NCBI GenBank assembly: GCA_049318005.1
Contig: JBMOHE010000001.1
Span: 117,995-181,994, forward strand
DNA length: 64,000 nucleotides
Source of the DNA: Patescibacteria group bacterium
GTDB lineage: Bacteria; Patescibacteriota; Patescibacteriia; Patescibacteriales; UBA12465
Direction of reading: 5' to 3'
The notes under the pieces are model-generated. The model saw only the letters and a list, made by a program, of their open reading frames with translations. It ran no database searches and was not told the DNA's origin. The translations under genes were made by a program, and so were the position numbers. Below, in pieces: positions 58,201 through 64,000 of this stretch. The number at the start of each line of letters is the position of its first letter. The stretch's first letter is position 1.

Positions 58201-58664
58201 GCAAGACAACTGGCTCCACTATTACAAAGAGTAAAATTACTATTCGTACAAGTCTGACAAGTATTTGTAGTTGAACAATCAGCTACGTAGGTTAAACAAT
58301 TAGCGATCGGAGATGTTCCGCTATAGGCCGGGACACAACTTGGCGGAGTACTATAGGTTCCGCAAAGTGTGTCCGCGCCATCACTCCTAGTTATACAAGA
58401 CGAGCAAACGCCGCAAGTATCAACCGACGCGCAACCATTTATATTAATTGTTGCTGGAACTAATCCAGTACAAAGACTAGTCGCTAAACATTTAGCAGCA
58501 CCAGATCCAGGAGCGTTGGTACAATACCAATCGTTTCCGCAACCGATACCAGTTCCACTATCATGCTTACATGTATACTCCAAAGCAGCCGCCTGATTAG
58601 AAGCAGCTAAAAAAATACCGAATATCAGCGAGAAAAGAAATAGAGTTGTGCGCTTTGATAACAT
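52293..58664 (-). CDS. Secreted giant fibre-like protein (2123 aa), the largest member; Cys-rich N-terminus, more than 15 repeat modules, and the family C-terminal Cys domain.
   Basis: Signal peptide MLSKRTTLFLFSLIFGIFLAASNQAAA; repeats of INVGGGQIGGLASTPTR(S/K)DMAVPLGYL(Q/E)ANY; C-terminus ANTICSNTVASSSHVCTSYEILNTI...WISNGPPGF..NDCMGWT...CYNSRNIACCK. Confidence 0.75.
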   Translation of the reverse strand: MLSKRTTLFLFSLIFGIFLAASNQAAALEYTCKHDSGTGIGCGNDWYCTNAPGSGAAKCLATSLCTGLVPATININGCASVDTCGVCSSCITRSDGADTLCGTYSTPPSCVPAYSGTSPIANCLTYVADCSTTNTCQTCTNSNFTLCNSGASCLANRAAGAVTNCASYNQCAANQPCTSCTAGNALCAENDSCKTDVNNCAILLSSGGSCSTNLCSTCKNSNYTKCSSSNICIANKTCPSGQTFDPCAPASNYCTGTANSLKIGYDSLRTDNFLFNSSLALPSLTIPSSGYIGVGITNPNFKLHISSSSDEVINIGGGKIGGLDLTPLNNDQAASKYYVDNNFLSKEASSSLGWLLSGNTLTSDNNWLGSINDWDVSFRTNNIERMRILKGGNIGIGTSTSNNTIIKSGNDNDVLNILYQSSSRVLLSPNAYSAFGTAYGSNGSAGIRLGDGTNFSYLVGNGTNLLLNPVTGNVGIGTTNPLAKLQVEGNIMLAAGSGTLGSGNYRAIGIPYNNTNWTGGGANIQFWQGGNNANSNYMTFNTNDSGVSSGERMRLTETGRLGIGTTAPGAKFEVASSTAKLLFDPSGPSISAPNSTEINLQANGQNIFRGLDNWNQTWSDSVVASYFQVGRSGGNTAFSAYSGSTFNRLAFITNKFQVTNNSGSITPPTNFFQIDYNNTNLFSVQSTGYVGIGSSTPNYKLSFATTTSEVMNLGGGQIGGLASTPTRNDMAVPLGYLKDNYSATSSSFWGGSLGGNIYSANTSNVGVGTTNPKYGLEVQKSNIGIASTTASLDLSNAPGYYFDDASWYYAEGYRLVSSKSDNSFAIQQKAPLLGAINTRLFIKNDGNVGIGTTNPGVKLDVTGSIRTSNQLISTVAAGTAPFSVISSTTVTNLTANYLGFGSVGSAPSSSPFAKLTAGIIVLPEFGAESGAITIRGWNSSYYSWQIIGNNTPWSRPELYFRTGPDGSWGTTFKLWHSGNLTNNLSTSSVVKWNGSSLANSVLYDNGTNIGIGSTTPSVKLSFGTSTVEVINVGGGQIGGLASTPTRSDMAVPLGYLQANYNATSSSFWGGSLGGNIYSANTLNVGIGTTTPASRLQIGSVGSTGYSVSNGLAFGDGTRAGALNVDSSGTTLYSSTNLILSPGTTEALRILANGNVGIGTTTPQAKFHVSGDDEPLSDSYSGVAFIGAGTSKVQIGYSTATTPGYGWISATKNPSTWSNLVLMPNGQGNVGIGTTTPSRLLDVNGIMRISNYYSEYYNNGTYAGKIGAGYWVTTPGNSNDMSLITPGSFYVGTGGNAVPTNFVFKNDGRFGIGSSTPNYKLSFATTTIEVINVGGGQIGGLASVPLNSDQAVSLGYLQANYNPTSTSFWAGNLSGNIYSANTSNVGIGTTTPGARLHIAVPTTGTKLIIDDSYTTNGKWGFAVGIPSVNDTTFRLRHESSNLDVLSALMNGNVGIGTTTPSQLLTVGNNNQFTVSSAGQVSMASYLYGTGSSNVNRFVFNNSGPSYMGISGGSAAGNINSIINLGYTANPSTYLTPVLSVSDNGSVGIGSSTPSIKLSFATTTIEVINVGGGQIGGLASTPTRKDMAVPLGYLEANYTSTSTAVTTSLWGGSQSGNIYSNNGANNVGIGTTTPDVKFQVYGTTGRIATFGSVGASTALATPVNVSFGSTYGNSTPGSVNNLKWDLFTSASSGSRYGIGMSSNLMEFQSGPNGGLGFFVNQGTEAMRILSSGNVGIGTTDIAAKLDVRNLLSTSTPALSLLGGGTYGSGYQMAWGNYSKLSQSSSGMNYITWGAYNDGATWRRSYGGAVAGLVNLQIGNGNYFSIQTDSQASPNLPSWTDVLTVNGTNVGIGTTNPLSQLQVSGVGLASFTGTTKGLQNLEYTENTINHYSAIDFQTSYAQTSFRNPAARVAMKLTPVGSLLQFGTSNSWASGITNTAMTIDYNGYIGIGTTTPDRRLSITGFDGTTGDILTVNGGRIRGLNLTTIYPDEAVSRSFLESYVSEATSTISSVPKFRGVTTQLYTGNMGGYLAANTICSNTVASSSHVCTSYEILNTINSDTLTIATSSMWISNGPPGFTSNSNDCMGWTSTGASDYGAIWHKDATNGQGYGSLTGCYNSRNIACCK
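57480..57760. repeat. Copy 2 of the ~270-nt shared block.
   Basis: See 51255-51535. Confidence 0.7.
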
Positions 58665-58702
58665 GTATTTATTTTATAATAAAATATATAAAAACTAATA
58701 TA

Positions 58703-60673
58703 TTAATTACAACAAGCGAGCCCCATAAGCTTATCACAAGTTCGAAGTAGCCCTCTCCCCTTAGTGTATCCTAAATCCGTACCTTCCCAGTATGTTCCAT
58801 AATTAGGAAAGGCTTCAGTTGTTGTATCCAATGTTCTTGCGTCGCAATCATTAGCACTAGTTGTGTATCCCGGAGGACCATTAACTATCCAGGCATTTCC
58901 TTTTGGCATAGTTAATCCAGCCGCAATAGAATTTAACATTTCAAAAGACGTACAAACATGAGCCCCGCTACCATACTGAGTACTGCAAATTGTATTAGCT
59001 CCATCATACCCTCCCTGATTTCCATCATAAGCTAAGGTTGTCGTACCAACATATTTTGAGACACTTGAACTTGAAACGACTGCTTTAGTTGCAAAATTAG
59101 AATCAACGTAATATTTAGAGGTTGCCTGATCATTGTTTAAAGGAGTTAAACTTAGCCCGCCGATTGAGCCCCCTCCAACGTTTATTACTTCCGCGCTGCT
59201 TGAACTAATACTTAATCTAACCGAAGGGCTTGAAGAAGAAATACCAACAAAACCATTTTGATTTATTCTAAAGAAATCTAAAGTGTCGCTATTATTTCTA
59301 ATTACAAATGGGGAGTAATCAATACTACTTACAATTCTTAAACCCTCAGTACTTAATGGAGGGTTGATTTGAAGTTTAGCGGCTGGGGTTGTTGTACCGA
59401 TACCAACGTTGCCGCCGTTAAGATAGCTCCAACCATTGGCGTTTATATACACGTTTGTTAAATTTGAAGCATTTTGTAAAGCTAAAATATCGGCACTTAA
59501 AGCCGAATAATTAGTTCGACTATTAGAAAAATCATAAGTATAAAGATAATTTTTCACTCCACCACCAAACAAATAAGTTGAGCCACTAACTGGGGATATA
59601 CGTAGTTGCCCAGAGGCGTTAGAAATAAAATCTACCGAAGTAGAAGCATTGCCATCGTAAGTTAACCTAATTTTATTATCCGTGCCAGAAATTGTTAATT
59701 TAGCAGCTGGATTAGTCGCTCCAATCCCAATATTTCCGCCCTTAAGAATTCTCATTCTTTCTATGTTGTTTGTTTTAAATAAAAAATCATAATTATTAAT
59801 TGAACCTAACCAGGAAGTATCACTAGTTAAAGTATTCCCCGATAATAACCATCCCAAAGACGAGCTCGCTTCTTTTGATAAAAAGTTATTATCAACATAA
59901 TATTTTGAAGCCGCATGGTCGTTATTAGTCGGCGTTAAAGCTAGTCCTCCAATATAACCCCCTCGAACATCAATAAGCTGATTACTCGAAGAAGCAAATT
60001 GAAATTTATAAGACGGGCTAGTTGTGCCGATTCCAATATAATTATCTGGACTAATATTAAAAGTTGGGATAAAAAATAAACTTTGCTTAACGGTCGCGCC
60101 TGACGTTAATGAACCTGAATCATAATCTAATTTAAGACTTGGAGCCGAGCCTACACATTCACAAGTTGATTCGTTCCATGTTTGATAACTAGCGCAAGTA
60201 ACATTCTGACATTCATAAGCATTAGTATTTGATTTACATAACTTCAAGCTGCCACTACAAGTTTTACATTTTTGATCACCGCAATAATTATAATCCGTAC
60301 AATTAGCAACCGTAATCTGATGAGTAGCTTTTTCCGTACAAGCAGTAGCTGGAGTATTTGGATATGTCGCTGAGCAAAAAGCATAAGTGCTAATACAGGC
60401 AGTACAGGAACCGCAAGCATCAATCGTAGAACAAGGAGAAACAACGCTAATACTATTAGACGGACAAAAAGCTGAAGTCATCACCGCTCCAGTCCTACAA
60501 GTCCCACCGCAATAATATTGCTGAGACGGCTCACTCGCACAAGCAACCGCTGAAGGACTGGCCGTTGGACAATAAGTTAAAGCCTGCGCCGAAGAAGCGG
60601 AGATTACTCCGATGAAAATAAAGATTAAAGATAGGGGAAGTAAAAACTTCTTCATAATAATTATCGACAACAC
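58703..60673 (-). CDS. Secreted fibre-like protein (656 aa) of the same family, with the C-terminal Cys domain.
   Basis: Signal peptide; Cys-rich N-terminus; blocks almost identical to parts of the 47386 and 52293 genes; C-terminus ANTICSTQYGSGAHVCTSFEMLNSI...WIVNGPPGY..ANDCDARTL...CDKLMGLACCN. Confidence 0.75.
   Translation of the reverse strand: MLSIIIMKKFLLPLSLIFIFIGVISASSAQALTYCPTASPSAVACASEPSQQYYCGGTCRTGAVMTSAFCPSNSISVVSPCSTIDACGSCTACISTYAFCSATYPNTPATACTEKATHQITVANCTDYNYCGDQKCKTCSGSLKLCKSNTNAYECQNVTCASYQTWNESTCECVGSAPSLKLDYDSGSLTSGATVKQSLFFIPTFNISPDNYIGIGTTSPSYKFQFASSSNQLIDVRGGYIGGLALTPTNNDHAASKYYVDNNFLSKEASSSLGWLLSGNTLTSDTSWLGSINNYDFLFKTNNIERMRILKGGNIGIGATNPAAKLTISGTDNKIRLTYDGNASTSVDFISNASGQLRISPVSGSTYLFGGGVKNYLYTYDFSNSRTNYSALSADILALQNASNLTNVYINANGWSYLNGGNVGIGTTTPAAKLQINPPLSTEGLRIVSSIDYSPFVIRNNSDTLDFFRINQNGFVGISSSSPSVRLSISSSSAEVINVGGGSIGGLSLTPLNNDQATSKYYVDSNFATKAVVSSSSVSKYVGTTTLAYDGNQGGYDGANTICSTQYGSGAHVCTSFEMLNSIAAGLTMPKGNAWIVNGPPGYTTSANDCDARTLDTTTEAFPNYGTYWEGTDLGYTKGRGLLRTCDKLMGLACCN
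59115..59415. repeat. Second copy of the ~300-nt near-identical block (partner 47795-48095).
   Basis: See partner; the alignment runs without gaps (constant offset 11320). Confidence 0.75.
59725..59990. repeat. Copy 3 of the ~270-nt shared block.
   Basis: See 51255-51535. Confidence 0.7.
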
Positions 60674-63117
60674 GCTAACTTAGCGGCTTCATTACAATGT
60701 TTAACTAATCCACGTCCTTCTGGGTATTGGCCGGTAGGTCCCTGCCAAATAGCCCCATAGGTAATGGTTGATTCGTTACTCGTTCTACCATCACAATCAT
60801 TAGCAATTGCTAAATACCCCGGAGGGCCAGTAAATATCCAAACGTCACTAGTAGGAATAGTACTACTCGCAACTAAAACCGTATTTAACATTTCAACTGA
60901 CGAACAAACATGATAGCTTGAAGAAATTGCTTTGCAGAGACCATGAGCAACCGTGTAACCAGTTCCTGCGGCGCCATTGTTACCAGCATAAGACACGGCC
61001 GTTGAAGTTACATATTTTCCTATTCCCGCCCCACTCACACCGCTATTTAAATACGACTCAAGATAAGCTTTATTAACAACATCTTCATCGCTAATAATAG
61101 AGCTTGTCGCAACCCGCATTTTTATTAAACCAAGTACATCAAGTTTTGAAACCGGAGTAGTTGTTCCTATGCCGACATTACCAGCGCCAACCACACCGTT
61201 ATAAATATTTCCGTTAATGGTTCCGTTCCAAAGTGAGGAGCTAGCCAAAGTAACTGTGTTTGAATAATTGCTCTTAAGATAATAAAGTGAAACCGCCTGA
61301 TCATCGTTGACCTGAGTAAGAGAAAGTCCACCAATCTGACCGCCGCCAACGTTAATAACGTCTGCCGTAGTTGAAGAAAGACTTAATTTATAATTTGGGG
61401 TACTTGAGCCGATTCCGACGTTACCGCCACCGCCTAAAATTAACTTTTGGCTAGCTGGAGTTACACTAGTTACGCCATATATTAAAGCCGAGCTTCTCCC
61501 AAGAGCCTCAGTTGTTCTATCTAAACTGTCAATTATTAATGAGTTCGAACCAGTTTCATATCTTCCTGCAGTATGCCCAATAAAAATATTATTAGTTCCG
61601 GTTGTTAAACTTGCGCCAGTAAATGCACCTAATAAAGTATTATAGCCCCCAGTTAATCCGGCAACAGAATTGTAACCAGCTCTATAACCAATTGCTGTGT
61701 TATAAGCTGAATTTGTATTTATTAACTGCAAGGCGTTCGTGCCTAAAGCCGTATTATTCATAACGCCTGTTTTTGCGGATGAATTATAACCAGAAAGATA
61801 ACCAATAAAAATATTGCTACCGCCAGAACTATTTGTTGAGGCATGATAACCAATATTAACAGAAGCTACGCTGACGCCGGTAAATTGTCCGCCATATGTT
61901 CCAATAATTACATTTGCGCCACCGGTAGTCCCGTTGGCAGCTTGATAACCAATAACGGTATTATCATTCGCCACGGTAAAACTTTGACCAGCCGAGGAAC
62001 CGATTAGAGTGCTTCTTCCGCCTGTCGTTACCGCACCACCAGCGCCAATACCAAAATATGTAGCATTAGCATCTAAAGTCATCGCTTTAATACCCCCGAC
62101 CGTAATATTATTTGAGGTGGTATTCGGCTTAAAATATACAATGCCCGATGAACCGCTTAAAGATGAATCGGCAGCCGTATCAACATAAGTTGTATTGATA
62201 TTGTTGGCAATAGTCGTTAATAAATATTCCTCCCATCTTCCCCCGCCTGCTTTTACGCGATATATTTTTCGGCCCGTAACCCGAGAATCACTAGAAACGG
62301 GAATAGTTAAAGTAACAGTATTATTTCCAGCCGTGGTAGTAATTTGTGTCGCCGAATAAACTATGTGTGTCTCACCAAGAGCGGTTATAAAAGTAACTCC
62401 ATACCAATGAGCGCCAGTATCAACTGATCCGCCAGCACTTACTACGCCAGTCGGAGCAATTGGGTCAGGTACGGGATAAATATCAAAACCCATCCCAGAA
62501 CGTACTGCGCTAACAGTAGTAGTTCCTATAACATCTAATTTGTAGACTGGCGCTGTTGTTCCAATTCCAACATTCCCTAGCCCATTACTTCCATTCCAAA
62601 TATTTCCATTTAAAATTCCTCCCCAAAGAGTAGTCGAACTAGCACTATAGTTTGACTGAAGGTAGCCAAGTGAAACTGCTTGATCAATATCAACCGGAAC
62701 AGAAGCAAGCCCACCAAGCTGTCCGCCATTAAGATTAAGAACTTCGCCCGTTCCGCCGTCAATATTTAATCTTATTCCGCCGGTCGTGGTTGTTCCTATT
62801 CCGACATATCCAGAAAAGTTACCAATGAAGTTTGTCGCCCTAATTGTTCCATTAACATCAAGCCTAGTTCCGTCAACCGGAGCAGTCGTATTAATACCGA
62901 CCGGCCCAACTAAACTAACCGGCAACCAGGTATTAACAAAGTCAACGAGTAAGCCATTCCATTCGACCGCTTCTAAAGTTCCGCTATGAGGCTTATCATA
63001 AGTCGAAGTTGAGTTTACCGCTGAGGCATTTTTAGCAGTAAATATAAATAAAAAAGACGCGCAAATAACAAAAGCGCTTAAAATATTTTTTATTTTTTGT
63101 CCTCGTTTAAGGAACAT
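60661..63117 (-). CDS. Secreted fibre-like protein (818 aa) of the same family; first gene of the array.
   Basis: Signal peptide; GNVGIGTT modules; C-terminus HGLCKAISSSYHVCSSVEMLNTV...WIFTGPPGY..ANDCDGRTS...CNEAAKLACCR. Overlaps the next gene by 13 nt. Confidence 0.75.
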   Translation of the reverse strand: MFLKRGQKIKNILSAFVICASFLFIFTAKNASAVNSTSTYDKPHSGTLEAVEWNGLLVDFVNTWLPVSLVGPVGINTTAPVDGTRLDVNGTIRATNFIGNFSGYVGIGTTTTGGIRLNIDGGTGEVLNLNGGQLGGLASVPVDIDQAVSLGYLQSNYSASSTTLWGGILNGNIWNGSNGLGNVGIGTTAPVYKLDVIGTTTVSAVRSGMGFDIYPVPDPIAPTGVVSAGGSVDTGAHWYGVTFITALGETHIVYSATQITTTAGNNTVTLTIPVSSDSRVTGRKIYRVKAGGGRWEEYLLTTIANNINTTYVDTAADSSLSGSSGIVYFKPNTTSNNITVGGIKAMTLDANATYFGIGAGGAVTTGGRSTLIGSSAGQSFTVANDNTVIGYQAANGTTGGANVIIGTYGGQFTGVSVASVNIGYHASTNSSGGSNIFIGYLSGYNSSAKTGVMNNTALGTNALQLINTNSAYNTAIGYRAGYNSVAGLTGGYNTLLGAFTGASLTTGTNNIFIGHTAGRYETGSNSLIIDSLDRTTEALGRSSALIYGVTSVTPASQKLILGGGGNVGIGSSTPNYKLSLSSTTADVINVGGGQIGGLSLTQVNDDQAVSLYYLKSNYSNTVTLASSSLWNGTINGNIYNGVVGAGNVGIGTTTPVSKLDVLGLIKMRVATSSIISDEDVVNKAYLESYLNSGVSGAGIGKYVTSTAVSYAGNNGAAGTGYTVAHGLCKAISSSYHVCSSVEMLNTVLVASSTIPTSDVWIFTGPPGYLAIANDCDGRTSNESTITYGAIWQGPTGQYPEGRGLVKHCNEAAKLACCR

Positions 63118-63164
63118 TAAATTATATATTTTTCTCGAATTTTTGATTATATTCGGATAAATAA

Positions 63165-63193
63165 ATTATATCATTTTTTTGAATTTGTGCCAA
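63165..63193 (-). promoter_or_regulatory. Candidate sigma-70-type promoter for the fibre-gene array.
   Basis: On the minus strand, TTGGCA is followed by a 17-nt spacer and then TATAAT (-35 at 63188-63193, -10 at 63165-63170), about 45 nt upstream of the start at 63117. Confidence 0.45.
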
Positions 63194-63266
63194 GAAAAAA
63201 ACCGCCTTTTTTAGCGATTTTTTTACTTCCTATTTTAGGCTTATTTTAAGCTTATTATAAGCCTAT

Positions 63267-63671
63267 TTACATCGATAATTGAATGCTTCTTTTTGTCTTA
63301 TTATAAGCTCCGACCGAGTTAAAAAGTATCGGCTTTACTTTGTGCGTATAATATATTTTATAGCTCGCTCCAAAATTTAAAGTTTTATCAAATTCCGTGA
63401 TTGAATTTTCTAGAGAAACCGGCTGATCAGAGTAAGCCCAAGAGTTTTTTCGCATCTCCCAAAGAACTTTTTCCGCTCCTGATTCCGCTGCAAAATAAGC
63501 TCTAGTTGACTGAGACTGAACGCCTGCCGATTTAATTCCTAAAACAACGATATAAGAACCGCTGATAGCCACTATCATCATCCCAGCTAAAATAAACATC
63601 GTTAAAGCTAAGGCGCTTCCCCTTTTATTAACTTTTATTTTATTTAATAATTGTTTAATTATTTTAGTCAT
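63267..63671 (-). CDS. PilX-like minor pilus assembly protein.
   Basis: N-terminal TM RGSALALTMFILAGMMIVAISG followed by TRAYFAAESGAEKVLWEM (PilX_N-like AEAG motif); paralog of 20756..21178. Confidence 0.55.
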   Translation of the reverse strand: MTKIIKQLLNKIKVNKRGSALALTMFILAGMMIVAISGSYIVVLGIKSAGVQSQSTRAYFAAESGAEKVLWEMRKNSWAYSDQPVSLENSITEFDKTLNFGASYKIYYTHKVKPILFNSVGAYNKTKRSIQLSM

Positions 63672-63672
63672 T

Positions 63673-64000
63673 TTATTTATAATATCTCGACGTCACGCTA
63701 GTCTGCAAAGTCATATCTGACTCAAACTGAGTATTGCCAATAGAGCTAGCGTTCAAATTAATCGTTATCATTGGCTGAGTAGTCGAAGAATTACTACTAG
63801 GAATAAAATGGAGGTCATTAATTTTAATTTTTTCTGGGGAAATAAAGTCAACTCGCAGTGCGCTCGCTGGTGCTTGGCGAGAAATCTGAAAACGTTTAAT
63901 CCCATTATCATCGGCTAAATAATATTTAACACATTCCCCATAATAGTTTTTAAAAGATAGAATATCGCCCTCATCTTCTTCGGTAATAAAAAATATTGAA
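63673..64000 (-). CDS. Partial ORF (C-terminal ~109 aa in the window; N-terminus beyond the right edge), possibly another minor pilus component.
   Basis: My translation ends ...YYGECVKYYLADDNGIKRFQISRQAPASALRVDFISPEKIKINDLHFIPSSNSSTTQPMITINLNASSIGNTQFESDMTLQTSVTSRYYK* with the stop at 63673-63675, 2 nt before the pilX-like start. Confidence 0.35.
   Translation of the reverse strand, partial: SIFFITEEDEGDILSFKNYYGECVKYYLADDNGIKRFQISRQAPASALRVDFISPEKIKINDLHFIPSSNSSTTQPMITINLNASSIGNTQFESDMTLQTSVTSRYYK

Noticed and set aside
1506-62989. Many short opposite-strand or nested ORFs in the track (e.g. 1506..1703, 7489..7881, 8125..8307, 10004..10489, 14609..14842, 16046..16294, 16969..17259, 17022..17240, 17621..17938, 18596..18805, 23816..24070, 25443..25676, 26300..26623, 27186..27383, 31679..31879, 36833..37048, 37316..37637, 37811..38098, 43331..43552, 46414..46723, 48896..49081, 50661..50849, 56857..57057, 57881..58596, 60244..60444, 61167..61349, 62786..62989).
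   Set aside because: Each lies entirely inside a larger, motif-supported ORF, mostly antisense, with low-complexity translations typical of AT-rich or repeat-coding DNA; no independent signals.

Overview
The window is AT-rich bacterial sequence, almost entirely minus-strand coding, and the standard genetic code works throughout (ORFs over 2,000 codons with no internal TGA). Gene content looks like a Patescibacteria/CPR-type episymbiont, though that attribution is inference only. It carries two type IV pilus gene sets with two PilB/GspE ATPases, PilC, several prepilin-type pilins and PilX-like proteins, plus three REC-only response regulators. Housekeeping genes include metK behind a SAM-I riboswitch, gatA, gatC, ligA, an ABC-F ATPase, a NUDIX hydrolase, a patatin-like phospholipase, a VIT-family transporter and tRNA-Ser(GGA). 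There is a Cache/PAS histidine kinase with a separate SBP-PAS sensor, and a 1,692-aa protein with no recognisable domains. Three loci stand out. First, at 27960-32596, a complete reverse transcriptase is translationally coupled to an ABC exporter-like protein with a degenerate ATPase and a membrane-anchored PLD-family protein. It is preceded by a 500-nt non-coding region with retron-like a1/a2 inverted repeats and a tandem 33-nt hairpin repeat, right beside tRNA-Ser; I could not assign it to a known retroelement class. Second, at 39052-63117, a 24-kb array of six secreted giant proteins is built from phage tail-fibre-like 'GNVGIGTTNP' repeats. One ends in a peptidase-S74 intramolecular chaperone domain, four end in a shared C-terminal Cys-rich domain, and roughly 300-nt near-identical blocks are exchanged between paralogs. 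Third, two homologous plus-strand tRNA-Ala-like elements (G3•U70, A73) flank gatC, antisense to the gat genes. In addition, the second pilB has no canonical start codon and reads in-frame with the upstream response regulator across a single TAA.
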